From the sequence record PX418213.1: a stretch of 64,000 nt of DNA. One strand, 5' to 3'. A model generated the notes under the pieces. The model was not told the origin of the DNA, did no database searches, and was given only the letters and a program-made list of their open reading frames with translations. Below are positions 28,132 through 35,513 of this stretch, piece by piece. Position 1 is the stretch's first letter. Each line of letters begins with the position of its first letter. The translations under genes were made by a program, and so were the position numbers. This stretch comes from a phage.

Positions 28132-28368
28132 TTAACTAGATGCTGTTTCTACTGGCTGAGACACAGCAGGCTGTTCTAACGTATCTGGTGCTGATACAGA
28201 GAAAAGAGCTTGTAATGCTGCAATATCACGCTCGTAAGTATCAATACGAGTAGTAAGAGTATCTACCATCTGTTTATGGTAGGCTAAGTTATTCTGAGAT
28301 TCATCTCGAAGAGTTTGCAGTTCTGCAAGACGTGTTAACATAATTTCACTAATTAAAGCATTACTCAT
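28132..28368 (-). CDS. coiled-coil protein
   Basis: 78-aa ORF. Confidence 0.5.
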   Translation of the reverse strand: MSNALISEIMLTRLAELQTLRDESQNNLAYHKQMVDTLTTRIDTYERDIAALQALFSVSAPDTLEQPAVSQPVETASS

Positions 28369-28558
28369 TTGTTTCTCCTAAGTTTTCCGGTTCTTCTAAA
28401 CGTTTGCCTTCATGATCTACTCGAATAACTCCGCACCCTTCGCAAATCACAACTGCACCATAACCTTCTTTGACCTCAGCTTCTGTAATCAAACCAGAAA
28501 GATCACCAGTATCTCTGCCCCACATATCAATGGAGCATTGTTTGCAGAAATCAGCCAT
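28361..28558 (-). CDS. hypothetical protein
   Basis: 65-aa ORF. Confidence 0.45.
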   Translation of the reverse strand: MADFCKQCSIDMWGRDTGDLSGLITEAEVKEGYGAVVICEGCGVIRVDHEGKRLEEPENLGETNE

Positions 28559-28583
28559 ATTTTATTTCCTATTTAAGTTAATT

Positions 28584-28660
28584 TGGGGTGGCTAGTGGAA
28601 TTCGAATCCACATAGGCCTGATTCACAATCAGGATCATTAACCAATTATGATATAGCCAC
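28584..28660 (-). tRNA. tRNA-His (GTG)
   Basis: extra 5' G typical of tRNA-His; anticodon arm CTGAT-TGTGAAT-ATCAG. Confidence 0.7.
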
Positions 28661-29029
28661 AATTGAAAACTCGCAGGGTTAGCGAAACCATCCTCAATTA
28701 GCATGTTCTAGAATACTAATCAAGTTATCTCCTATTGCACGCAGCTCAAGACGAGTACGAATTTTCAATTGTGGCGGCTCTCCGAAACTCTTCTACTCTA
28801 GCCTTAGCAGCTTACTCCCGAACGCATGTCGGGAAAGTCTTACTAAGAGTATCAAATAGCACCGTTACACTTTGAGCCATAGGTGTATCAAGAAGCAGAA
28901 GGACTTGAACCTTCACGAGATAGACCATTTATCTCAGCCGCTTTATGAGGTATGTTGCGGGGAGTGGATGTTCCCCATAAACCTTTTAGGCAGCCCCGTC
29001 TACCGATTCCGGCATACTTCAAGATTTTT
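28661..29029 (-). ncRNA. non-coding stretch with isolated T-arm-like hairpin
   Basis: GAAGG-TTCAAGT-CCTTC hairpin near 28898-28914 with no matching acceptor stem; GGGGA..TCCCC hairpin at 28958-28975. Confidence 0.3.
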
Positions 29030-29203
29030 TTATAAACCAGCAGAAGCCTCATTTAGAGCATCAACAATAGCTTCACGTTGGGTCATTCCATACCCGGTGG
29101 AATCTAGGTGTGGCAAATAAGCCATCCATCCCTTATCTGTTTCATGAAGACATGCTTTAAATTTTGTACCATCCTTCATTGTTACAGTAACTGTTTTGCT
29201 CAT
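29030..29203 (-). CDS. small hypothetical protein (57 aa)
   Basis: hand-translated MSKTVTVTMKDGTKFKACLHE...; AAGGAAA RBS. Confidence 0.4.
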   Translation of the reverse strand: MSKTVTVTMKDGTKFKACLHETDKGWMAYLPHLDSTGYGMTQREAIVDALNEASAGL

Positions 29204-29223
29204 AAGATTTCCTTATAGTTAAT

Positions 29224-29313
29224 TGGCAGAAGATAATGGAGTCGAACCATCACCGTATCGCTACAGCGGGCTGGTTTTCAAGACCAGTTACGTACCACTA
29301 CGTCCTATCTTCT
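29224..29313 (-). tRNA. tRNA-Ser (TGA)
   Basis: 90 nt with long variable arm; anticodon arm CTGGT-CTTGAAA-ACCAG. Confidence 0.7.
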
Positions 29314-29326
29314 AGTATTTATTATA

Positions 29327-29674
29327 CTAATAGTCACTCGTACTAGTGAAGTTTTCTACTTTTCCACAAATTTTACAAGTCCTACGATGGTAGTAGGTAA
29401 TTTTTACTTTAGACCAGCCATCGTGATCATTACCTAGGTTTTCTGTTACTCCCCAAGTATGAGAACACTCATTTTCAATTTGCTTAGTAAGAGCGTTATA
29501 GCGAGTATAAAACTCCTCCTGAGCAATAGCAAACTCTTTCTGTAGTTTATCACGAGCAATAATAGCACGTTCCAGATATGTTAAATCTGGCATTCCAGCT
29601 TTTTCAGCAGCATCTATAATCTTATCTTCATCTAAAGATGCTAAAAACTCTAGAGCTTTATCTTTTGCTAACAT
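29327..29674 (-). CDS. hypothetical protein with C-terminal Cys pairs
   Basis: 115-aa ORF; ...CSHTWG...RRTCKICGK. Confidence 0.5.
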   Translation of the reverse strand: MLAKDKALEFLASLDEDKIIDAAEKAGMPDLTYLERAIIARDKLQKEFAIAQEEFYTRYNALTKQIENECSHTWGVTENLGNDHDGWSKVKITYYHRRTCKICGKVENFTSTSDY

Positions 29675-29693
29675 TATTATTACCTCAAGTGTT

Positions 29694-29784
29694 TGGCGGA
29701 AGAGGAGAGATTTGAACTCTCAAGCCGTTTTACCAGTCAGCCACTTTCCAAGCGGTTTTCGTCGCCAATTCGATTTGCTCTTCC
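29694..29784 (-). tRNA. tRNA-Ser (GGA), tentative
   Basis: 91 nt; acceptor GGAAGAG/CTCTTCC; T-arm GAGAG-TTCAAAT-CTCTC; long variable arm. Confidence 0.55.
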
Positions 29785-29804
29785 AATAATAAGATGATGC
29801 CTCT

Positions 29805-29893
29805 ATCACACCAGGCTGTTATGCCTCGCTGGGATTCGAACCCATTAAAACAGCTCAACCGAGATAGTAGGTTTAATTTACTCTGACCATCAA
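29805..29893 (-). ncRNA. degenerate tRNA-like element
   Basis: T-loop GGGTTCGAATCCC at 29831-29843 but no complementary acceptor strand or encoded CCA. Confidence 0.3.
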
Positions 29894-29896
29894 ATT

Positions 29897-29973
29897 TGGT
29901 GCGTGACAAGGGATTCGAACCCTCAAAACCCGACTTCTAAGGACGGTATGTATGCCAATTCCATCAATCACGC
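29897..29973 (-). tRNA. atypical tRNA, anticodon TAG (Leu codon) but class-I length
   Basis: 77 nt; acceptor GCGTGAT/GTCACGC; D-loop GAATTGG (Leu-like); loop CTTAGAA; no long variable arm. Confidence 0.45.
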
Positions 29974-29978
29974 GTATT

Positions 29979-30057
29979 TGGTGGAGAATAACGGAATCGA
30001 ACCGTTCTGATGTCCTCGGTGCAAGCGAGGTGTCCACTCCATGCAGACCCATTCCCC
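29979..30057 (-). tRNA. tRNA-Ala (TGC)
   Basis: G3:U70 pair in acceptor (GGGGAAT/ATTCTCC); anticodon arm CCTCG-CTTGCAC-CGAGG. Confidence 0.7.
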
Positions 30058-30295
30058 AAATTCTTTAGTTTACTAAGGCTATTAGCTCGGCGCAACTACA
30101 GCACCTTCGCTTCGAGCGGAAGGAACTGCGTCATCTCGCAAACCCAATACACTATTCAGTTGCCGCTGAATCTAGTGGACTAATCTAGAACTTCTCCCGA
30201 ATCGTAGGGATCGTGCTTTTTGGCAGCCAGTCCTAGGTCGAGCTAATACCTTAGTGAACTATGATGAGGATTTCTCCTCATCAATTTATATAAAT
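30058..30295 (-). ncRNA. structured leader / candidate ncRNA at 5' end of tRNA transcript
   Basis: no ORF; long-range complement AGGCTATTAGCTCG (30076-30089) with CGAGCTAATACCT (30239-30251); local hairpins. Confidence 0.35.
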
Positions 30296-30324
30296 ATTAT
30301 AACAAGAAATTAAGCATCAAGCAA
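30296..30324 (-). promoter_or_regulatory. T5-type promoter driving tRNA cluster segment
   Basis: TTGCTT, 17 bp, TATAAT; overlaps 3' end of CDS 30317-30685. Confidence 0.55.
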
Positions 30325-30685
30325 GTACATTTTTAGCGATTTCTTGCAGTTCCTTTACATCACGAACGTAAAGGTAATCAGAGCTTCCAGAGTGCATACT
30401 TTGCATAACTACACCTTCATCTGGTGCATTATCCTTCAGAGTAATTCCTAACCAGAACTCGGCAAAACTAGGTGTTATCTCACCTTGACTTGCCTTGAAT
30501 ACATCATATTCTGTAAGTTCTTGACCAGTAGATAATCCCAAATAGACAGAACTAAGATCTATCTCTTTATGAGACTCATAAAACTCCGTTAGATCTTTCT
30601 CCATATCCCAACCATGCTGTAACGCGAACTCCATTGCCACATGACTGAAATAACCTTGAATCTTGCTTGATAATTGCATTTGCAA
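30317..30685 (-). CDS. hypothetical protein
   Basis: 122-aa ORF starting with TTG. Confidence 0.5.
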   Translation of the reverse strand: MQMQLSSKIQGYFSHVAMEFALQHGWDMEKDLTEFYESHKEIDLSSVYLGLSTGQELTEYDVFKASQGEITPSFAEFWLGITLKDNAPDEGVVMQSMHSGSSDYLYVRDVKELQEIAKNVLA

Positions 30686-30704
30686 TTCCTTATTTTGAGT
30701 TAAT

Positions 30705-30778
30705 TGGTACTCGGTGATAGAATCGAACTATCGCAATCGCCGTGTAAAGACGGGGTTCTCCCATTAAACTAACCGAGC
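30705..30778 (-). tRNA. tRNA-Val (TAC), tentative
   Basis: acceptor GCTCGGT/ACCGAGT; T-arm GATAG-TTCGATT-CTATC; loop TTTACAC. Confidence 0.5.
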
Positions 30779-30782
30779 AATT

Positions 30783-30861
30783 TGGTAGATCGCCTGGGAC
30801 TCGAACCCAGAACCTTCCGATTAAAAGTCGGATGCTACTAAACCTATTGAGCTAGCGATCT
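30783..30861 (-). tRNA. tRNA-Lys (TTT)
   Basis: anticodon arm TCCGA-CTTTTAA-TCGGA; acceptor AGATCGC/GCGATCT. Confidence 0.7.
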
Positions 30862-30862
30862 A

Positions 30863-31030
30863 TTAGTAACCATTGTATACTTCTTTAATAGAGTGAATTT
30901 TCAAGTAAGGGTGATTAGTATTAAACTCTGCCATTACTTCATCCCAATTTTTACCGTAATGAGCGAGTAAGGATTTTGATGTATTCTTACCTAAACGTTT
31001 GTCACTTACTACTAATCGAAATACTTTCAT
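30863..31030 (-). CDS. small hypothetical protein (55 aa)
   Basis: hand-translated MKVFRLVVSDKRLGKN...; AGAGGA RBS. Confidence 0.4.
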   Translation of the reverse strand: MKVFRLVVSDKRLGKNTSKSLLAHYGKNWDEVMAEFNTNHPYLKIHSIKEVYNGY

Positions 31031-31050
31031 TTCGAAATCCTCTATTAAAA

Positions 31051-31128
31051 TGGAAGCGGGTGCAGGAATCGAACCTACCTCTTTCTAGCTTATGAGACTA
31101 GTGATCTCTACCAGAGATCTAACCCGCA
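31051..31128 (-). tRNA. tRNA, anticodon CAT (Met/fMet/Ile2)
   Basis: anticodon arm CTAGT-CTCATAA-GCTAG; T-arm GTAGG-TTCGATT-CCTGC; irregular acceptor end. Confidence 0.55.
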
Positions 31129-31134
31129 ATTGTT

Positions 31135-31212
31135 TGGTCTCCGTGGGAGGATTTGAACCCCCGACCCTATCGCCCCAAACGAAACGCTCTGGCCAAACTG
31201 AGCTACACGGAG
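31135..31212 (-). tRNA. tRNA-Pro (TGG)
   Basis: acceptor CTCCGTG/CACGGAG; D-arm GCTCAGTTTGGCCAGAGC; loop TTTGGGG. Confidence 0.6.
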
Positions 31213-31216
31213 AATA

Positions 31217-31375
31217 TTATTTCTTCAACCACAACAAAGATAAGCCCAACATACTAAAGCCGCTAACTAATCCGATACATTTTTCTTCTATAGTAAAAGT
31301 ATCTAGATTAAATGCTGTTATAGCTATTGGCATACACCATAATGCCATAAAAACTTGAGCTATCTTGTGTTTCAT
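31217..31375 (-). CDS. small membrane protein (52 aa)
   Basis: hand-translated MKHKIAQVFMALWCMPIAITAF...; GAAGGAAAG RBS; promoter directly upstream. Confidence 0.4.
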   Translation of the reverse strand: MKHKIAQVFMALWCMPIAITAFNLDTFTIEEKCIGLVSGFSMLGLSLLWLKK

Positions 31376-31407
31376 TTTGCTTTCCTTCTCTTCACTTTAT
31401 AAGATAT

Positions 31408-31436
31408 ATTATACAGAGAATTAAGCAGAATAGCAA
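31408..31436 (-). promoter_or_regulatory. T5-type strong sigma70 promoter
   Basis: TTGCTA, 17 bp, TATAAT. Confidence 0.6.
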
Positions 31437-31439
31437 ATG

Positions 31440-31828
31440 AATTTTTAATAAATTTACTTATTGTGTAGGCCACCTGGAGGCTACCAACCCCACGGCTGAC
31501 AAAGAAGTTTGCGAGACCTCTCTTAAATGCCAGAATAGACCCGCCGATCTATCGGAACCTACATAATAAGTAAACTTTATAGTGTCATTCTAGACAGGAC
31601 TCGAACCTGTTATCACTTGTGCGGACTTACGAGAACCATTCTTTCACTCGAATCGAACGAGCTTCTGCCCTAGCCAAGCTGGTTTCCCCATCAACCACGC
31701 TAGAATGTTTGATTGTTTTCAGTGCAAGAGTCCGAGTCTTGGACACGACCGCTTCGCAAGTACATAGGCAGCTTATCATGAGTCAGCACTTCCGAATTGC
31801 TAGCTCCGTGTTCTGCACTGAAATTTTG
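31440..31828 (-). ncRNA. structured non-coding region with tRNA-like elements
   Basis: no ORF; D-arm-like TGGTT-GATGGGGA-AACCA; two T-arm-like hairpins (CTCG-TTCGATT-CGAG and ACAGG-TTCGAGT-CCTGT); ATTCTAG/CTAGAAT complement about 120 nt apart; separate stem TTCAGTGCA/TGCACTGAA (31719-31727 with 31812-31820). Confidence 0.35.
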
Positions 31829-32176
31829 TTAATTTAATAGTAAAGTACGATCTACTTCACCATTAATTGTTCGGCACTCTTCTGGGATTGCTGGTGTAGC
31901 CTTATATTCCCACCATTCAGAACCGTCGTATTCACCACGTTCTAACCAAGTTCCGTCAGTAAACCATACATTACCATAAAGCAATTGCCCACCGAAACCC
32001 GAGTCATATTTAAAGTCTAGATTATTTAGAAAATCTTCAATATCTTTTTCTGTATAACCTACGGGCAATACCCAAACTTCTTTGTCTCCATAATAACCGA
32101 ATTCTATCTTAATACACTTAACTTCAGAATTAGTATTCTTTAGGGCAAGTAACAACTCTTCTTTAGCATTAATCAT
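31829..32176 (-). CDS. hypothetical protein
   Basis: 115-aa ORF. Confidence 0.5.
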   Translation of the reverse strand: MINAKEELLLALKNTNSEVKCIKIEFGYYGDKEVWVLPVGYTEKDIEDFLNNLDFKYDSGFGGQLLYGNVWFTDGTWLERGEYDGSEWWEYKATPAIPEECRTINGEVDRTLLLN

Positions 32177-32202
32177 AGCATATTTCTCGTGCTAGTTTAA
32201 TT

Positions 32203-32278
32203 TGGTACACCCACTAGGACTTGAACCTAGAACCCTCCGCTTAAGAGGCGGTAGCTCTAACCATTGAGCTATGGATGT
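32203..32278 (-). tRNA. tRNA, anticodon CTT (Lys-type), tentative
   Basis: acceptor ACATCCA/TGGGTGT; D-arm GCTCAATGGTTAGAGC; loop CTCTTAA. Confidence 0.5.
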
Positions 32279-32279
32279 A

Positions 32280-32438
32280 TTAAATTACTTTTTCCAGTTC
32301 ATCAGCTATGGCTTTGATTTTTTCAAAGTTTACATCACTTATAATGATACCTTCCAGTGACAGAGATATTCTAGCATTTTTCATAGCAGATTCTTTTATC
32401 TGCTCTATCTCTTCTGGAGTAAACTCCCTACGTTCCAT
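32280..32438 (-). CDS. small hypothetical protein (52 aa)
   Basis: hand-translated MERREFTPEEIEQIKESAMKNARISL...; AAGGTAGG RBS. Confidence 0.4.
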   Translation of the reverse strand: MERREFTPEEIEQIKESAMKNARISLSLEGIIISDVNFEKIKAIADELEKVI

Positions 32439-32455
32439 AGCTAACCTACCTTATT

Positions 32456-32532
32456 TGGCGCGACCGATGGGATTCGAACCCACATTCCCTCCCGTGACAG
32501 GGGAGTACCATTACCAAGCCAGCCCCGGTCGC
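32456..32532 (-). tRNA. tRNA-Asp (GTC)
   Basis: acceptor GCGACCG/CGGTCGC; anticodon arm CTCCC-CTGTCAC-GGGAG. Confidence 0.75.
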
Positions 32533-32541
32533 ATAATTCAT

Positions 32542-32727
32542 TTACTCAGCTTTGAGTTTTTCAATAGCTGCATTAAGTTCCTTAAGAAACTCTTTTCGTA
32601 CATTAAGACGATTAAGACTTACTAGTATATCATGTTTAAGTTCTTCGATGTATTTCTTCTCAACTTCAATATTGTTGAGAGTGCTATCACGATGAACCTC
32701 TAGCTGCGCAATTACATTCTTGGACAT
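32542..32727 (-). CDS. small coiled-coil protein
   Basis: 61-aa ORF. Confidence 0.4.
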   Translation of the reverse strand: MSKNVIAQLEVHRDSTLNNIEVEKKYIEELKHDILVSLNRLNVRKEFLKELNAAIEKLKAE

Positions 32728-32829
32728 GCTTGTTTCCTCAGTTATTAATGAAAATGGTATCTGTGGCTGAATTCGATGTCAGCAATGATAGCTGGTTGGC
32801 TACCGGTTTACTTAACTCTACACAGAATT

Positions 32830-32912
32830 TGGCGGGCCGTGTAGGATTCGAACCTACGTTGTCTTTCGACATGGATTAACAGTCCACCGCCAAACCGCTT
32901 GGCTAACGACCC
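32830..32912 (-). tRNA. tRNA, anticodon GTT (Asn-type) with 13-nt extra arm
   Basis: 83 nt; acceptor GGGTCGT/ACGGCCC; anticodon arm GTGGA-CTGTTAA-TCCAT; variable GTCGAAAGACAAC. Confidence 0.55.
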
Positions 32913-33064
32913 TAAATTTATATTGCTGACTAGGATTTTCACCTAGACGGAGTTAGCACCGTAGCGTGTAGCGGCATACCTCTCCAAACCGTGCCTCATC
33001 TTTCAATTACGGAGACAGTGTTCCTACGCGTGCCTGAATTGATTTAACAATTCTTTCAGCAAAT

Positions 33065-33140
33065 TGGACGACCGCATGAGATTTGAACTCACATAAAAAG
33101 GATTTGCAATCCTTCGCCTAAGCCATTCAGCCAACGGTCG
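33065..33140 (-). tRNA. tRNA-Cys (GCA)
   Basis: anticodon arm AAGGA-TTGCAAA-TCCTT; acceptor CGACCGT/GCGGTCG. Confidence 0.7.
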
Positions 33141-33188
33141 ATTTATCTTGTTCTGTCATGTTGCTTCTCCAGTTCAATTTATGTAATT

Positions 33189-33217
33189 ATTATACAGAAC
33201 TTTTGGAAACTAAGCAA
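33189..33217 (-). promoter_or_regulatory. T5-type promoter upstream of tRNA-Cys
   Basis: TTGCTT, 17 bp, TATAAT. Confidence 0.6.
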
Positions 33218-33497
33218 CTACATTTTTTAAGAATTTGATGCCTTTCTTTTTCTTCTTATATTTCCACGTTAATGGATTCTGTCGATTATGAACGCTTGAG
33301 ATCTTCGTCTCGTCAAAGTTCTTCAATATCATGTAATCACAAGATAATTGTTCTAGTGGAATGTGATCACCGTCAAAAGCGTATACATAGGGCTGTTGAC
33401 TAGCACGATAATGATAGACTTTGTTAATTCTACGTTTCAGCGACTTATCCGCGCAGTAAATAAAGAAGTTTTCAGGATGCATCAGCAGCTCCTTCAA
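33210..33497 (-). CDS. hypothetical protein
   Basis: 95-aa ORF. Confidence 0.5.
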   Translation of the reverse strand: MKELLMHPENFFIYCADKSLKRRINKVYHYRASQQPYVYAFDGDHIPLEQLSCDYMILKNFDETKISSVHNRQNPLTWKYKKKKKGIKFLKNVVA

Positions 33498-33499
33498 TT

Positions 33500-33574
33500 T
33501 GGTGCACCCTGTTCGTATCGAACGAACCTCTCAAGCTCTTCAGGCAAGCGCTAATCCATCTCAGCTAAAGGTGC
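33500..33574 (-). tRNA. tRNA, anticodon ambiguous (GAA-Phe or CTG)
   Basis: acceptor GCACCTT/AGGGTGC; T-arm GTTCG-TTCGATA-CGAAC; anticodon stem irregular. Confidence 0.45.
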
Positions 33575-33580
33575 AAATTT

Positions 33581-33660
33581 TGGCAAACCTACTAGGACTC
33601 GAACCTAGACCGTACGGTTTTGGAGACCGACATGCTGTCCAGTAACACTCTAGGAATGCA
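33581..33660 (-). ncRNA. tRNA-like element with mismatched acceptor
   Basis: T-arm CTAGG-TTCGAGT-CCTAG, variable hairpin ACCGTACGGT, 3' TAGGTTT-G-CCA; 5' strand pairs at only 5 of 7 positions. Confidence 0.35.
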
Positions 33661-33665
33661 GGAAT

Positions 33666-33742
33666 TGGCGTCCTGTGCGGGGGTCGAACCCGCAAATCCT
33701 ACCTTGAAAGGGTAGTGACTTTACCAGTTTGTCTAACAGGAC
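33666..33742 (-). tRNA. tRNA-Glu (TTC)
   Basis: acceptor GTCCTGT/ACAGGAC; anticodon arm CTACC-CTTTCAA-GGTAG. Confidence 0.75.
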
Positions 33743-33748
33743 TTAAAT

Positions 33749-33835
33749 TGGTGGGGAAAGATGGAGTCGAACCACCCGAGTCGCAATGACAACTGATTTA
33801 CAGTCAGCTCTGCTACCACTTACAGAATATTTCCC
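33749..33835 (-). tRNA. tRNA-Tyr (GTA)
   Basis: long-arm tRNA; acceptor GGGGAAA/TTTCCCC; anticodon arm GCTGA-CTGTAAA-TCAGT. Confidence 0.7.
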
Positions 33836-33967
33836 CATATTTAGAAGTATTCAAAAAATTCTAATTTAAACACTTTTAAATATGTTTCCAAATTAGGTAA
33901 CTATTATACCAAGTTTTAAGGCACTGAGCAAGTCAAATTTTAAAGAACTTGCTCAGTGCTGTATTGG

Positions 33968-34243
33968 TTAGTCGAACTTAGGAGTGACAGTTAAGGAGAA
34001 TGGAAGTTCGAAAACTTCTTCACCCTCATTACTAACAGTAATTACACGACCTTTAAGTTCAGACATTGAAATATCAATATCAGCTTTTGCATCCGGAGCC
34101 ATGCCAGCTTCAACACATTTAGCTTTAATTTCCGGCAGAAGTTCTACATCATAGAAATAAAGCCATTCAATCTCACCTTCCCAGCCTTCCCAGGATTTAC
34201 AGATTGCACTTTCAATACCAGCTGCTATAACACGATTTTGCAT
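33968..34243 (-). CDS. hypothetical protein
   Basis: 91-aa ORF. Confidence 0.5.
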   Translation of the reverse strand: MQNRVIAAGIESAICKSWEGWEGEIEWLYFYDVELLPEIKAKCVEAGMAPDAKADIDISMSELKGRVITVSNEGEEVFELPFSLTVTPKFD

Positions 34244-34273
34244 TCATTAACTCCTTCATCAATTTATATAACT

Positions 34274-34303
34274 ATTATATCAGAAATTTAAAGCAAAAGG
34301 CAA
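34274..34303 (-). promoter_or_regulatory. T5-type sigma70 promoter
   Basis: TTGCCT, 18 bp, TATAAT. Confidence 0.5.
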
Positions 34304-34333
34304 GTACATTTTTAAAAATTCTGTTTGGAGGAG

Positions 34334-34540
34334 CTAAACTCCAGATTCTTCAGCCAAGTCTAGGCTAATAAGAGATATAGCCATAATTGCCGCTCCATGT
34401 TCTTTTTCTCCAGTCTCTTTAGCTAGAGTTATAATGTCAAGAAATTGCTTATGAAAATCTGCAACCTCTTGAGTTATACCTGCCTCAGCAATCATGCCTT
34501 TAAGCATAAAACGTTGTGCAGTAATTTCAGGATTAGCCAT
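34334..34540 (-). CDS. hypothetical protein
   Basis: 68-aa ORF. Confidence 0.45.
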   Translation of the reverse strand: MANPEITAQRFMLKGMIAEAGITQEVADFHKQFLDIITLAKETGEKEHGAAIMAISLISLDLAEESGV

Positions 34541-34700
34541 GTTGTTTCTCCAGTTTCATCTTTAATAGTCTACAAATAAAATCAATGTCTTCATCCGTGC
34601 CTAGATCTCTGTCTTCAAGAGTTGCCTTGAAGTTTTTAGTCAATTCCATGAGGATAACTTCCCTAGAACGACGTGTTGGCGGAGGTGGATGTCTATACAT
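34533..34700 (-). CDS. small hypothetical protein (55 aa)
   Basis: hand-translated MYRHPPPPTRRSREV...; AAGGAAA RBS; stop overlaps next start. Confidence 0.4.
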   Translation of the reverse strand: MYRHPPPPTRRSREVILMELTKNFKATLEDRDLGTDEDIDFICRLLKMKLEKQHG

Positions 34701-34715
34701 CTTATTTCCTTAATT

Positions 34716-34792
34716 TGGTAGGGGTGGTGGGATTCGAACCCACAAAACCTGAATTTTAAGTCCAGTACCTATGCCAATTCGATTACACCCCC
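34716..34792 (-). tRNA. atypical tRNA, anticodon TAA (Leu codon) but class-I length
   Basis: 77 nt; acceptor GGGGGTG/CACCCCT; D-loop GAATTGG; anticodon arm CTGGA-CTTAAAA-TTCAG; no long variable arm. Confidence 0.5.
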
Positions 34793-34893
34793 ATGTAATC
34801 AGTTTATTAGTTGATACATATTATAGCCTAGTGAAAATCCTACTACTAGTCCCACAAACCAACCAATATAATAATCTTTTAGTTTCACAGGTA

Positions 34894-35079
34894 TTATCCT
34901 CTTTCAATATCTAGAGAAATACCACAGTTAGGATTAATACCTGTACCCTTGCAATTTGGGCAAATCCATATATTGCAAAAAGTATCTCCTGCTTCTGCAT
35001 CAGAACTTTCACCAATTCCCCTACACTCAGGGCAGGCGCATTCTTCTAGCTCTTGCTTGAGTTCTTGAAACTTGGACAT
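34894..35079 (-). CDS. small zinc-ribbon-like protein
   Basis: 61 aa; CPECRG...CPNCKG. Confidence 0.5.
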   Translation of the reverse strand: MSKFQELKQELEECACPECRGIGESSDAEAGDTFCNIWICPNCKGTGINPNCGISLDIERG

Positions 35080-35088
35080 ATAGTCTCC

Positions 35089-35277
35089 TTAGTTAATTAC
35101 TTTTGAGGCTTCTAAAGCATTAACGTAGTAAACATCTTCTACATTATACATATAGTCTACTACTTTGTCCATAGCATGGAGTTCGGATGTAGCCTTTACT
35201 AGTCTGTACCCTTGTTTAAACTCGTCCGAACGTTCTCTATCTTGTGCAAATTTAACAGAAACTATGAATAATTCCAT
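35089..35277 (-). CDS. hypothetical protein
   Basis: 62-aa ORF. Confidence 0.45.
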   Translation of the reverse strand: MELFIVSVKFAQDRERSDEFKQGYRLVKATSELHAMDKVVDYMYNVEDVYYVNALEASKVIN

Positions 35278-35296
35278 TAATTGTCCTTATTTAATT

Positions 35297-35374
35297 TGGT
35301 GGCTCCCCGAGGATTCGAACCTACGTACCTTCCGGTTATGAGCCGGGTGCTCATACCATATGAGCTTGAGAACC
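35297..35374 (-). tRNA. tRNA, anticodon CAT (Met/Ile2)
   Basis: acceptor GGTTCTC/GGGAGCC with G-U pairs; loop CTCATAA; T-stem has mismatches. Confidence 0.5.
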
Positions 35375-35380
35375 AAAATC

Positions 35381-35469
35381 TGGCGGAAGAAGTGGGAATC
35401 GAACCCACAAGGCTATATTTCAAACCGACAGATTAGCAATCTGCTGCAATACCGTTATGCTATTCTTCC
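35381..35469 (-). tRNA. tRNA-Ser (GCT)
   Basis: 89 nt long-arm tRNA; acceptor GGAAGAA/TTCTTCC; anticodon arm GCAGA-TTGCTAA-TCTGT. Confidence 0.65.
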
Positions 35470-35484
35470 GAATTTATAAGATAT

Positions 35485-35513
35485 ATTATATTAGAAATTT
35501 AGCTTCATAGCAA
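35485..35513 (-). promoter_or_regulatory. T5-type promoter upstream of tRNA-Ser(GCT)
   Basis: TTGCTA, 17 bp, TATAAT. Confidence 0.6.

Noticed and set aside
28872-32625. Plus-strand ORFs 28872..29120, 31092..31358, 31619..31837, 32308..32625
   Set aside because: They run antisense across tRNA genes or across small minus-strand CDSs that have proper RBSs
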